Assembly: GCA_000934665.2 (NCBI GenBank)
Contig: KZ538042.1
Location: 62,001-126,000, forward strand
DNA: 64,000 nucleotides
Direction: 5' to 3'
Source: Catajapyx aquilonaris
Taxonomy: Eukaryota
Within the stretch, counting starts at the first letter, position 1. Every line of letters begins with the position of its first letter. The translations under genes and the position numbers were made by a program. Below are positions 39,081 to 52,473 of this stretch, piece after piece. The notes below the pieces were generated by a model, which was not told the DNA's origin, made no database searches, and saw only the letters and a program-made list of their open reading frames with translations.

Positions 39081-39579
39081 CAAAATCATGTAGACTCGAC
39101 GGGACGAAAATAACAGCCTAAATCGAGCAACTTTGTTCATCCTGGAAGTGAGACAACCCAAGCGCCTCTCTTGTCACACGTTGTGCCACATTTCCAGGGG
39201 CTAAAAGCCCTGCAATATTCCCCCAGTATTTTCAGAGAGATGAACGATGCTCTCTCCCGGATATTATAATTCCTTTCAAGCGTTTCCACTCGATACGTGA
39301 TCAGCCCAAAGTAGGTTTTCCTCTCCAGCCTTTTAAAAAGAGGCCCCCTCAGTTTTGCTCCGGATTATGGGAAAGGCTGCGAGGCCCAAGTTTGCGTGCA
39401 AATTTACTCCAGGATGAATGTCCCCCAGCACCGAGCATTATTGTGGAATTGTGGCTCGTAATTTGGTGACGCGTTACAAAGAAGAGTCGCGGCCGCCAAC
39501 AATGCACATTATGTTGCCGCACACGCGTAAACAAGGTAGGATTTCTCTAGAATTCACAATCTGTAAACAAGTTTACTAT

Positions 39580-39800
39580 CATCTAGGTAGCTTTAACTTT
39601 CCCCATTCAACAAGTCGAGCATAGCGCCCTGGTGGTCTTTGTCCGCGCAGTAGCTCATCACCAACGTGCGTGTAGTACTACTCTCTCCGTGAGAGTGGCA
39701 GGAGTGTGCATAGGGACAGCCTATGCGCCAACCGGTAGTGGCCTATAGTACTACGTCCAAGTTGGGGGTGGGCCAAGCAGTGTTGCCAGAATTTGCAATA
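39580..39800 (+). mobile_element. Helitron family B copy
   Basis: gcgccctggtggtctttgtccgcgcag..ctcatcaccaacgtgcgtgtagtactac...ggccaagcagtgttgccag. Confidence 0.8.
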
Positions 39801-41334
39801 TGCTCGCGAAAATATTGTGCGATCTCTTTTGACGAATAGTTTTTTAAAAGGATGCTGTTGATTTTTTTGGGACCCGAGTTTTTTGAGTGTAGGTCCGTTG
39901 GAGCCCTATTCTTGCTCCATTTTGAAACTAAAAAGGGGGTCGGTTTTGTGGCTGGTGATGATCAGCAGGCGCTTGTTTACACAGCGCTTGTTGCGACCAT
40001 TGAGGCCAGTTGAATGCATGCTGTTGCCCCCCCTCCCCTTTGCGCACCTTTTGTAGCACGCGAAACTGAGTCGAGTGAAATAAAAGGGCGCCTCCGGGGT
40101 GGGGGGCAAAAATATTTGCGAGAGCCCGCGCATTTAAAAAAAAAAAAAAAGGATGGTTGGACGCGATTCTGCATATCGCGTTTTGTGCTGTGCAAAGTGG
40201 CCCTCGCCTAACATTTCACTCTGCAACCTCACGAATTGGAGTGTAAACAGGAAGCTGGGACTGGATAACGTCTGCTTAACGATCCTCGCTTTTCCTTTCC
40301 CGAGCCTTGGCCTCCCCCTCCCTTTAACTCGAATGTGCAAGAGGGAAGATGGCGGGAGGGAAAAGCATAATGAGACATCTTGCTTCTTGCCAACGAAAAA
40401 CGGGGAGGGAAAGGCACGAAATACGAGCAGGAAGGAAGGGCAGGAAGGAAAGGAAAGGAGATTAAAAGCACTCGTGTATGTATCTATATATCTATTTCTC
40501 TAGCCTTTTGAGCTGGCGGACCGAAGGGGGTTGGGGGGCCCAAAAAAGAACTTCCACCCCCCTTCCTTTTTTAAAAAAGAAAAAAGAAAAGGAGAGAATG
40601 GCCCTCCCACCCAATTCCTTTTTTTTCTCTCTCTCTCCCCCCCCCCCTTCTTCTTTTGCTCTCTCCTCCTTTTCTCCTCTTGCTCTTTGGAAAGTGTCCG
40701 AACCATCTGCAAAACTGCTCTTGTGGAAATTAATTTTTCAGAACTTCAGGAGCAGGGTCTGGTCGATACTATACCGCCCTTTACTTACTGGAAGGGGGAA
40801 GAAGTAAAAGTAGTGGGTAAGGAAAGAAGAAAAAGGAACCAGGATCATAATTACTGGGCGGATAAAGGGGATTTGGTGTGTGTGCCGGAAAACCGGTCTC
40901 ATTTAAGAGGCAGAGCCAGAGAGCAGAGCCGGTTGTTGCAATGAGCCTGCGGCATATCTGTATTTGAAAGGAAGGGTCGACCCCAACCGCAATGCAGGGC
41001 AGGACAACCGACCATCAAAAGGTTGGGATGGCATGCACCATGCAAACCCCCCAAAAAGAGAGGTTGGGGCTTGGGGTGTATTGGGATCCCCCCCCCCCCT
41101 AAAATTGATGATGATTCTATTGGAACCGGGCCTGAAAAGTTATGCGGCACGCGAGCAGGTGACAAGGCATTGTTGATGGCTGAGCAATGGCAGTGTGTAC
41201 ACGACTGCTGGACAAATAATGCAATCGCTCGAGGCGACTTACAACACGCTGTAGTCAACAATGGCGCCCAGCTCAACGGCCTCGGAGGCCTAAATTGCGA
41301 AAATTTGGGGGACACTGCTGCCAGCTTAACCAAA

Positions 41335-41500
41335 ACTAACATGACCTGCCCTAACCCTGTCCTATCCTATATCCTAACCTATCCTAACCTATCCTAACCT
41401 ATTCTAACCCAACCCTAACCAACCTTAACCTAATCTAACCTAACCTAACCTATCCTAACCTGCCCTATCCTACCCATAGCCTACTCTAGCCTAACCTAAC
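41335..41500 (-). repeat. Degenerate (CCTAA/CCTAT)n telomere-like repeat
   Basis: cctaacctatcctaacctatcctaacc...aacctaacctaacctatcctaacc. Confidence 0.85.
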
Positions 41501-44500
41501 ATATACCCTCCTACTCTAAGTGCCCTGAACACACACCAAGGACAGCATCTCCGGGGGCATAAATTATTAAAATGCGATGTGGCTCCAGGGAGTGCAAAAT
41601 TAGATTTCAAACGCATAACAACACTGGGTTATTTAGGACCACCCCCACCCCCTCCCTAATTGTTGCTCTCTCGCGGAAACTTTACTCGAAGAATAAAGGA
41701 GTGTGGGAGGTGGGTGGGAGGAATATTATATAGAGCTCCGTGCGCTCAATTATGCGGCCATATTTCTGGAACAAAGTCGGACCTTGGGGTGCCGTCTTGG
41801 AATGAAAAGGAAAAAAAAGAAAGTCTGCTAACTTGGGGGATGGGGTGCGTCTTGATTTCTGGCCGCAATTTCAAAACAGCTTTTTTTTGCCAATCACAGG
41901 TGTGCTCCTTACAGCATTTATTTAAAACTGGTTGATTATGTAAACAATATATTACAATATTTAAGTCAATTTTTTGACATTTGATGCAGTCAATGTGCAT
42001 CTGACTGATGCTGTTCATTAATTTAGTTTAGGCGTAAGTGGCGTAAATTAATTAAGGGTTGTGTAATTGAGCGTGCGTGTTTGTTTATTACCGTGATTTT
42101 ATGATTATTATTTGAACAATGTGAGGGTTGTTTACTTGTAATTTGGATGCGCTTATGCTCACCACTGATTGCCCCTTTGACAGAGAAATGTGGGTGGTTG
42201 TACTATGTGCAGTATGTGTATGTATTGTAATGTGTATGTGCAGGTCGACGCAGTGTAGTTGAAGCCCTGCTTACTTCAGCTGTAAACTTCCCACTGATTG
42301 CCTTCCAAATTTGAATCAAAATCCGTTGAGCATGTTGAACCTTCCCTTTTCACTCTCTTTTTCGTATACATTCGGAAGAGGACATTTATTACGTGTGAGG
42401 AAGGTTTGTCGTGAAAATCCGGGTTTGTCGGTCCGTTTGTTTCAGATCTCCCCCAGCTTCAAATCCGGGCTGCTGTGTCCGGATTTTTTTTCCAATCTTG
42501 GGGTGCGTGGTGGGGGTAGCAGCAGCACGGTTTAGGCATCAAAGTATTTTTGTGACCCCCTAGTCCGCCGGATTTATTCGAAGGGTGAAGCTCCATGTAG
42601 CATGCAAATATTAGTAGGAGGGGAGAGAGAGGCAGGGATGTGGGTTGGGGAGAGATTAAAAAGGAAAATCCTCCCCTGGTCTGGTGGCTTGTGTTCAGCA
42701 TGTGTAGGTCCAGCTGAGAGGACCCAATTTTTTCTCCTTTTATTTGGCTGATGCTTACCTGCTTGTTTGCGTCTTCTGGAGCTAATAAAATGCACTACAG
42801 GTATATATACATGGGAGAACGAAAATTCCCACTGGGTCTACGTAGAGCCTGCCAACGTAAATCGCATATAATGTTTAAAAAAAATCATTGTTCATTCGAG
42901 CATAATTGTACGTTAATATACTGTAGATGCAATTAGATTTCGCAAAATTAAGTTAGCGTTTTTGGAACCTTGGGAGCTTCTGGCCTGCAGGGATGTGCTA
43001 CACTACAAATTAAAAGCCAATTATCCAGGCAACGTACAGCCTACATGAAATGAACTTGTGCTTCATAGAAACTCAATTGTTGACGAGGAAAAAGCATCCA
43101 AGCGACCTTCCCCATGACGTAGCCTGTGCCGCTAGTTTTTGGGTGTCCAACACGCTGCATGGTCAGAATGATGACCAACCATCCCTTCCTCCCCTGTGAA
43201 ACGCATTAGGGCCCGTAATCCTTTAGGAAACACGGCGCCGGCTGCGTACACTGGCCTCTGTTGACTCTGGCAACAAAGGCTCTCTACCCCTCACGTGTAC
43301 TCGTCCTCCCCCAACCACCATCAACATACGACCTATGCACCATCAAAAACTGGCTCATCCCAAGTCCAATTCGGTGGACCAGGGATGGAGAGAAGAAAAG
43401 AATTTTGGCTCAGCGCTACAGTTATCGTGACTCGAGTTTAAGATGGCTTCCGTTGGGCCTAGATGTGGCCCCAATTTCCCCCAGGTGTAGTGGATGAGTG
43501 TGGTGCAAACAACGTGGGCAGTAAAGTAGTGCGTGCCTCCCCACCCCACCCACCAGAGCAAGACAATGAATGGGAAACAAATGAGAACCGCAGAGTTGCG
43601 GAACTTTAGTGACTGCCGTTGCGGCCTGTGTGTGGTAAAGTGTATAGAGCCCCAGCCCCCCTTCGCCCCACCGCCCCCCTTTTGAATGGAGAGTAGTGGC
43701 TGGGGGGTTGAAGGGGGCTTGCAGAAAGTGTTGCGAATCCACTCGGCAATTGTCGATTTGGCAGTTGGCCGCGGCCCCTTTTGCACACCCTGACGAAAAT
43801 CGCCTCAAAAACTCTTGGTAAATGGGAAGTTGGAGTTGGCGTCCGGAGATAAAATGGCGCTCTGGGATTGAAGTGCTTGCTGCCTAGTTCGGTGGGGGCA
43901 GAGAGATGGCCTGGGAAGGGGCAACAAGTGCGGCCTTTTGATTTCACCGCAGCGCTGGAGGTTGCATTAAAGCAAATTAAAAGAAAATGTCGGATTACCC
44001 GATGTAATGGGGACATTGTCGCCATAAACTGGACATAAACTCTGTCCAAACCTATAGTCAAATACTGGAGGGCAGGGCTGGAATTAAGGCGCAAATAAGT
44101 AAGCCCGAAGCTGCTGAATTAGCTGGGGGAGGAGAATCTGGCATGGGATTAAAAACCCATGCCCAAAATCCATCATGCATTTCAGCCCCAGCTTCCACCG
44201 GAAAACCTGATGGAAATTTTGGTCAAGTTTGTGACTTCAAACGAGTTTTTGTGAATGCGGCGAATGGATTGGTGAAGGCACTAACAACAAGCCGATTATT
44301 CCTCCCTTTTTCACAACCATTCACCAAACTTGGTCCCCTCGCCGTATCTTAATCCCACTTAAAAGCGGGGCTCGTTTAGAGAGGAATCCTTTTCCTCCCT
44401 TCCCCACTCCCCAGCCTTCCCCCCCCCCCTTTCCACGCAAATTGCTAATGACTTTGAAGAGCTCTTTCAAAAAGGGAGCGGGTGGAAAGGCAGCAGGCAA

Positions 44501-46879
44501 GAACAAGAACTTGGGTTTAATCCTGGGGCCTCATCTTCTTCATCCTTTTGTTGCCTGCATCATACCCCCCAGCTTTTGCACGACCTTTCGTGCCGATAAG
44601 TAAGACCCCGATGTGGGTCACGCGCACTTTAATGACACATGACATACCTCCCATCCCCCCTCTCTTGACGTCCATGGTCACCTCCCCACAAAACCAACAA
44701 CACAATGTACAAACAGTGCAGAACACGCAGTATAATTTACAACAGTGTTTTCCTGGTTTTTATTGGCCTCATCGAGCAGGTTTGTGCCCCTCCACCCACC
44801 CCCGTTGGGAGTCCCCCACCTGGCAACTCTCCCCCGGATTCATGACACGGGACAACATAAATTAAAGCAGCGTCACCTGATGGAGCCGATTAATCCCGCG
44901 AGTGGCGTTATTTCCCATCCCCCTACCCCCCAGCCACTATTATTTCCAACCCCCCGCCCTGCCACCTCGCGATTTTGCTGCGTCACTGCGGACCAGCCCT
45001 GGCCCGGAATCAGAAACTGGATATGCCTGCCGATTCCAGGGATGTGAACTATTGTGCCAACATCAAAGTTCGGACCAGATGGCAACAGGACTCGGGGATA
45101 TTCAGCGATACACCTGGTTCAGGTCGGCCATCTTGGTTTGATTTGGTGAGGGCTGAGTAAAAGGCTAAGCCTTAGTATCGGGAAACTCTTCAATTTTACC
45201 TATACTCTCCTATAGTCTCCTATAGACTGAATGGGTTTTCTGGGGTTTTGAAGTAGTTGCCAGACGCAAAGGGAACCCGGAATACGCCACATCCACATTG
45301 AAAAAAAAATTACCGACCTGGATGCTTTACTTACCTTCAGGGCAAACATAGGTTGGGAGGGGAGCTGAAAATTTGGGAAAACCCACCGTAATCCTGCAGT
45401 CGTTTCCTGGTTCCCCTATAGGCGTGTATTCGCCGAGAAGGAAGGTTAGGTCATTGGGTAAGGTGGTGCAGAGTGCTCCTACCCCATGCCGCATTCGGTC
45501 TCCCATTACGAAAGTCCTTCCGAGTAAAGTCCCGAGATAGATGCTCTATACATAAGTTGTCAGTATAGTGAACACATGGTTGGTTCTGCCGAGATGCGAC
45601 TTTTCTCCCCCACCATCTTGGCTGTAGCTGCCATCTTGTCGCGTGGCTGGCTAGGCCTGGCGTCGATTGACGCGGCGTATCTGCCGGGGAATAGGCTCCG
45701 GATGGGTAGGAAAAATATACAGTATTTTCCACGTGGAAGGAATAAAGGGTATCATAGAGACGGGGGATGGCGGAATCCGGATCCATTTCGAGTGAATGGA
45801 CACAAGAAGGAATTTCCGGAGCCGAAGAAAAAAAAAGGACGTGTGAAGTTTTAGGAAGCGGAGGTCGCGATAGAAATGTAAAATCCTGGGGACCAAGGGG
45901 GGATGTTGACAGGTTGAGATAGAAAAAAAGCGAATAGAGAAGAAGAAGCAGAAGAAGAAGAAGTAGAAGAAGAGAAAGGCAGGTGGTTGCTAGGGAGAGG
46001 ACGAGGATGGGGCCCGAAAGTGTCAGCCTAGATGACGCCTTTGACGTCGCATGAATTTTTCACAAACCCCAACTTTATATTTCGTTTTCTTTTCTCTTCG
46101 TTTCATCTCCTCTTTTATTCTCTCTCCTCCCCCCCCCCCCTTCTGCTTTCAACCATCGGTGTATAAGGCATGTATGATGGCAGGCGCCGCGCCGCTTCCT
46201 GCGAAAAAAACGCCTCCGGATGCTTGTCAAGTTTTTCGGGCAACCAGCCCAACGGTATACGTAAACAGGGCCGAGGTGACAATGAAACGGGCGTCGAAAA
46301 TTGGAGCAAAAGTTATTTTTTTGTGTGTGTAAGCGGTGCCTTTTCTTTTTTCCTTTCTCCTTTTTTCCCCGTGGCGTTTGAAATCAACGTGGGCCATCTG
46401 GCAGAAGAAGGGCGGCGTCGGTGGGCGTCGCGGTGCAGCAGCATCTTTATATGACGTGGCAGAAAGTCGTCCCCCAGAGCCCTCTTTGTGTGCCTTGGAA
46501 GCACCTGCGATATGCCCAGGAAAAGAAGCGGGCCCGTCTCATGACTCCCAATGCGGGTTTTCCGCCCGCGACATTACATTTTCCAACCTGATGCTGCTTG
46601 CTGCGGAGGGAACGCCCCTGGCCACCCCCGAGTTAATTGTCGCGTGGCCGGCATTGTTTATTATCTTATTGCAGCCCGGTTTAGCGGGTTGAACGCGATG
46701 CGGTGGGGATTAGCGGGGGGGTTCGGGCCTGGAGCGTTAATTCGGGGCGAGGCCGCGTCAGGCAGCGCGTGATCGCGTCTGGTTAGCCGCACCTCCCCAG
46801 GCCACACCTGGCCACTGTAATCACCGGATGAACACGCCGGATAACCGGATAACCCTTCACGTGGACCAAACTAAGGCTT

Positions 46880-48085
46880 GCAAATCACACGAGCGGGATT
46901 CGAGTAGACTTTCTCTTCTACCAGGGTTGCCAACTCGTTGAATTTTAATGATCGTTAAAATTATCGCTTTGCGTTTATGAGAGTTCTTCGATGCAATTCC
47001 CATCACAGTTTTAATCGTACAAGTATAGCCATGCCACCCTGTCACTGTACAGTCCGGATGTCACTGGCTAATGCGAACCTGGCTGTACGTTGCGCAACCA
47101 ATAACTGCATTTAAAAATTAAAAACTGTGTGTTTTTTTAAACTGTATGTGGGTGTGTGTAGATTCCTGTAGCGTGCTGGCGTAATTTGGCTGCAGGGCTT
47201 GATGCGTGCTGAGGTCACATGGTATTTAGACTGGGAGGGCCTGAAAATGCATTATTTTGATTCGACTGTCGGGGAGGCCCAGTGGAAAAAAACAACATTG
47301 GTATGCGCAAAAGTACAGGTTTGCGGAGGGGGGGAGGAGACCTGGCTTGTGTGTGTGCATGGCCTGACTACCCTTGCTCGCTTGCTTTACCTGCAACCCA
47401 CGGTTTATTAGGGAGTGGTCGAGTCCGTTCAGACAGAGAGAGCTGGCGTATACATTTTGGGGTTAATTGAATACAAGATGTCTGTGGCATGCCGCTCCAG
47501 AAGGCCACGCCCGTCTAGAAGGAGACTGCTTACACTGCATGGGAGACGCGGTCGAGACGGCATCTCGGGCATCTTTGATGGTTTAGGCGGCCATGGCACT
47601 TCACGGCCAGAACACGCGCGAAGTTGAATATTTTTGCCGTATGAGCTCCTTGCACTTTTCTACTTATTAATTCCGTAAGTACGGCAAAAAAATTTCAAAT
47701 TCGCGCGTGTTCTTCCCGTGAAGTGCCATGGCCGCCAAAACCATCAAAGATGGCGGACCTTTACGGCCTGCCTGTACCCTATTTATACCTCGTTGGGGTT
47801 GCCCCCGTTTCAAAATGGCTGCCAGCATTGGCAACGGCCCCAAACAGAGAAACGCGCGAATCAAATGTTTTCGCCTCTTATATAGTATATGCTCCCTGAC
47901 GCGACCTTGTCGGATAGAGTGAACCTGGAAAACCGGAAGTTGACTATGAAACTTATAGGGCCCACTGAATCGGAATCCGAAAACAGTTTGTCGCTAATCT
48001 CTTGCGGTTAAGGCCCTGATACCTGTCCACAGACAGACGGACATAGCCGTTCTATAATACTTTTTTTGGGGGGATGAGAAAGTCT
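46880..48085 (-). mobile_element. HINE-like element apparently split by ~1 kb of inserted sequence
   Basis: End piece gcaaatcacacgagcgggattcgagtagactttctc at 46880-46916; remainder cgaccttgtcggatagagtgaacctggaaaaccggaagttgac...acagacagacggac...gatgagaaagtct at 47900-48085. Confidence 0.65.
47568..47898. mobile_element. Partial copy of fold-back MITE family C
   Basis: atctttgatggtttaggcggccatggcacttcacgg / ccgtgaagtgccatggccgccaaaaccatcaaagat; right end tagtatatgctccctg as in 57495-57866. Confidence 0.8.
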
Positions 48086-49329
48086 AACATTCATTTAGTG
48101 TGGCTAGATTGTCACGATTGATGATATTTACAGAGGGAGTTACGAGCAAGTGTGCATCGAATTTACGTGGTTGTTACCCACCTGTAAAGCGCAATGGTTG
48201 TCTCCCTTCCTTCAGTAAACATGCATAAGCGCAGTTCCCGTAAGAATTTCTGCTCGAGTAAGGCTCGTGCTGCCGTGCAATGAGACGTGACAGATGCATT
48301 ATGCAAATGACGGAACGTATTTATAATGGGGGCGGAGGAGAAGTGGGGGTGGTTGCGATAATAATATTTATCATGCATTAATTAAGACGGAGGGAAGGGG
48401 ACGTCCGTCGTCAGCCATCCATCAGCGGCAGGGGAGTTGACCATCTGGAAATCCATTTTCAATTCCCACAGCTTCATACTGGGCCAGGGATATTTCCTCC
48501 CCAATTTTCCATATGCACGACGTCACTCTGATGTTGTGGGGGAAGAGGAGCAGTGAGGTGGGAATGAAAAGGGGATGAAATGGAGGAGTCGGAATGAATA
48601 TTAGCGTCATAGGATGCTCCTTCGCCCACCAGTTTCTCTCTCTCTCTCTCTCTCACTCAAAAGCTCTCTCTCTCTCTCTCCCCCCCCCCCTAGTCATGAT
48701 TATGCCAAAAAATAGGGATGGGGAGGTGGGGAGGAATTTCCCAAGTGGCATTTCGGAAGCCTTTGGAGCATTTTGCACATTTCCTGGATTTATTATCTTT
48801 ATTGGCTCGACTAAGAGGGCGCTTTTCCTGCCCTGGCGTGGATGGATTGGATGGAGGGGGGTTAGGGACGAGGGTAGATTTCCTCCCTTCCCCCGCTTTC
48901 CCCCCATCCACGGACGTCACAACATACAGCCCCGGAAAAAGAAAACGGGAGGGAGGAAAATGAAGGCGATTACGACTGCTAATTATTTTTTTTGCCCCTC
49001 CCCTCCCCCCTGGATATTTTTTTTTCTTCTCTAAGCTGAGTAGCCCCCTTTTTGAGCCTTTTTGAGGGAAACTGGGAGCATTCACACAGGCCCGCCTCTT
49101 GCAGGGTGCCTGGCAATGATTCTAAGCGCTCTTCTTCAATTAATTCATTAATTAATTTTAAAAAAATCCTATTAAAAGTGGGAGTGAGCTGTATATAGCA
49201 GGAGTTAGTGTTAGTGTCTTTTCGCTCTGTTCGAGGGAGCTGAGTGCGCATGCGCGGAGAATTCTTCGGGCATGCGCTCCCAACTCCTCTAGAATGGTTT
49301 AATATGCGACTCCATCTAAGTTGTCTCGT

Positions 49330-49576
49330 CACCTACAGGTAGTACAGTTACCATAGCTTTCACTTTCCCCGTTCAACAATGTATTATTAGAGGACAGTAG
49401 TGTACCGCCCTGGTGGACTTTGTCCGCGCAGTGACTCATCACCAACGTGCATGTAGTACTACTTTCCTGAGAGTGGCAGGAGTGTGCATAGGGAGAGCCT
49501 ATGCGCCAACTGGCAGTGGCCGTCCAAGATGGGGGGGGGGGGATGGGCCAGGCAGTGCTTCCAAAATTGGGCAACG
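49330..49576 (+). mobile_element. Helitron family B copy
   Basis: gttaccatagctttcacttt...ccctggtggactttgtccgcgcagtgactcatcaccaacgtgcatgtagtactactttcc. Confidence 0.8.
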
Positions 49577-49579
49577 TAT

Positions 49580-50021
49580 AACTACAGTAGGCACTACAGT
49601 GTCCTTGGCAAGTAGCCCCGCCCCCTACCGGTCGACCAATCAGGATTCGATATCAAAGGAGATGGCCTTTATGTTCTAAAACCTCAAGAATAAAGGCCAT
49701 CTCCTTTGATTGACTAAAACCAAAACCGTCGACGGCGTGTGTGAATGGGCCTTCACACAGGCCGTCGACGGTTTTGGTTTTTGGTCTCGTCGACGCCGCG
49801 GACCAATCAGAACGGGCCCTCACGTAAACAACGCGTCATGGTTACCGTGAGGGCCCGCTCTGATTGGTCCAAAACCAAAACCAAAACCAAAACCGTCGAC
49901 GATGAGTTTGTTTACACTAACGCAGTTGGTAACCCAGCAGGGGACGGGGCGAATTAGTGTATGTAGGCAAGGTCACAAGCCACGCCCAAAACCCTTAGGT
50001 TATCTTGTCCCTACTGTAGTT
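49580..50021. mobile_element. TIR-bounded element containing three consecutive internal hairpins
   Basis: Outer aactacagtagg / cctactgtagtt; inner hairpins 49652-49710, ~49716-49781 and 49800-49870. Confidence 0.7.
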
Positions 50022-50026
50022 GAAGC

Positions 50027-50766
50027 AAGGTGATTTTCCGGGACAGTCCCGAATTTTCGCCCTTTGTCCCGGATTTTTTCAAGGGTCATTCGGGACGCCC
50101 ATTTGTCCCGAATTCGGCCAAGTTGTCCCGGAAAGGAATGAATAAGTATATTCGTATGGTGTCACATTTCGAAACTAACCATGTCCCATGCAAAAAATTC
50201 TTAAGTTAGCAGAATTCCTTTTTTGCTTGCCTGGGACAAATGCTGCCACTGACATGAGTATTCTCCCTCATGAATAGCGTGTGGACCAGTGACAAAAGTC
50301 ACCATAGTGTGGAAACTCTAAAGGCAATGTTAGAGACTAAGGTCAACTATGATGAAACTTGTGTTGAGTTTTTTTTAATGCTTCTGACAAAGAAAGACCA
50401 CAGCTCTGGAAAATACTACAGCAGCTTGGCTTCTGCTTCTCATAAGCTTCTGCTAAAGTAAGTACTATATACTTCACATATAGATGATGATGATGATGGT
50501 AAATAAATTGTGAATGTTCTAAGTGACACCTTGCTTTGTCAGATTGGCTTAGGACATCTGGGCTTGCTTGTAGTACATCTCATTGTCCTAATAAGGAATG
50601 TTCATTTTCTTAAAGTGGAAATAAACTAGATGGCATACTTTCATTGGTCTTTTACCAATCACTCTCTCTGCAACAAACACCCCCCCNCCCCCCCCCCCTC
50701 CCCCCCCCCCGGTTTGCGACGTAATGAGGCGTCCCGAATTTGGGGCCCGGAAATCTGGTCACCTTA
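50027..50766 (+). mobile_element. Internally deleted hAT transposon
   Basis: Ends aaggtga... / ctggtcacctta, multiple sub-terminal gtcccg/cgggac motifs, internal transposase remnant. Confidence 0.8.
50191..50430 (+). pseudogene. Frameshifted hAT transposase C-terminal dimerization-domain fragment
   Basis: Translates QKILKLAEFLFCLPGTNAAT then, after a frameshift, VFSLMNSVWTSDKSHHSVETLKAML, matching the hAT 'P..NA..ERxFS' signature. Confidence 0.85.
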
Positions 50767-52280
50767 ATTTAAAGGACGGTTTCTGATTAGATAATTTGCC
50801 TCACTTTCCTAAGAATGGTCTAACTTCACAGTGACGTACTTGTTTCATCATGTCTCTGACGTCATGTCCGTGACGTCATTGTGAAGTTACACTAAAGTTA
50901 CGATAACTGTAGCGCTAAAGGCAGGCCAAGATCTTTATTATTTTTCCCCCCCACTCTGAGCAACGTTGCAACTGGTTCGAAGCAACAATCACTGTTGGCC
51001 TATTGTACAGTTACAGACGGAAGTGTTTCGTATTTCCCGGAAACCAATCCCGGAATTGTCCTGGAAGTGACCAGTTCCAACAATGGGGCCTCCCATCAAC
51101 AGCATGGGGCGGAGTCAACCGGTGGCAAAACCTTTACCGTGGAAGCTTGCATCTCTCTCTCTTCGTCCTTTTTTTCCCCCTTCCATGTTTCCTTTCTCCT
51201 CCTCTTGCCCAGTGTGTCCCTGGTAATTGATGGGCGCAAAGTTTAGTTCCCTGAGACGGGAAGCGTTTTTGGGGCCCGCCTTTTTTTCCCTCATGGGCCT
51301 GAAGAATGATCGTTCTCTGTATACTGGCCCCCCCAAACTATATACCGGACACGACCATCCCATTAGGCCCGCCCTTGTTTTGGGACTTTGGTTGCTGGAG
51401 GGGACCGGGAGGGAGGGGTGGCAGCAGCGTATATAGGGGGGTGTTTTCATATATTGATTCACGCAGTGTTACAGGACACAACGGGAAGATTTTTTTAGAG
51501 GAAAAATATCGGGGGAAACCCACCCTAGCACGGAGAGAATCTCGCAAAAGTGTTTTACCCAGATTCGTCTATTTCTTGATTGAACTGCTGGGATTTAGGA
51601 AATTTGTATACAAATATCTCAACCATACCTATAAACACGCATTCCACCACCAAAATGTCCATTTCTCGATAAATAATAAAAAGTAGCTTTGAAATTGGCG
51701 CGAAGAATGGGGCGTGGCCAAGGTCGCATTCCGACTCCTGCCCGAAGCTTTGTGGACCAAATGACATCATCTGGCACTCTGTGGACCACCCTGTGATCAG
51801 CACGCACAAAAAAGTGGAGCGTATTCGTATAATGATTTGGTGGCAGGGGTTGAGTCTAGCGGTGTTTGCGGCCGGATCGGGTTCGAAAAGGGGGAGGCAG
51901 ATTGGAGGGGGTATCCTAAGTAAATTTGCGCAATAAATTTTCGTAGGCGGCCAATTGATTGGTCATGCTTCGTGTGGCCACCGCCGTGTGATTGGTAGTC
52001 GGGCCTCGGGCGGGATAAATCTGTCCAGGGCTTAATTGGGGAGGAGGCCTCCCCCACACACATCCTTATGCCGGCCTCTCCCACAAGGAACGGCTCGTTT
52101 TGCCTGGCTGTTATCGAGACTCTCCGGGCCACACCAGGAGAAAATAACTGCTACGACTCTCCAGAAAATCACTTCAACGCAATCTGTAATTCATTATCAA
52201 AACCTATGCCATGGTGTCAAAATATGTTAATTTCTTGTTGTCCGCGCACGACTGATGACTCACCGCGGACAGAGCTGCCC

Positions 52281-52473
52281 TCAGAGATGAGAAGACCGTA
52301 ACTCAATGTCCGCTTGCGGCGAGAAAAAAAGTAGTACCAAAAGCATCCAAGAGGTGGATTTGGGGTGCCGTTCCTTTTCCCCCCTTCCCCCAACGCCACC
52401 TCTTGGATGCTTTTGGTAACACTTGCTTTCTTTTCTCGCCTAAGGGAATGAGTTACGGCCTTCTCATATCTGA
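52281..52473. mobile_element. Fold-back MITE
   Basis: tcagagatgagaagaccgtaactca / tgagttacggccttctcatatctga; inner taccaaaagcatccaagaggtgg / ccacctcttggatgcttttggta. Confidence 0.85.

Noticed and set aside
39622..39640. CTCF site gcgccctggtgg in family B
   Set aside because: Reverse complement CCACCAGGGCGC is two bases shorter in the G run than the CTCF core and is TE-internal.
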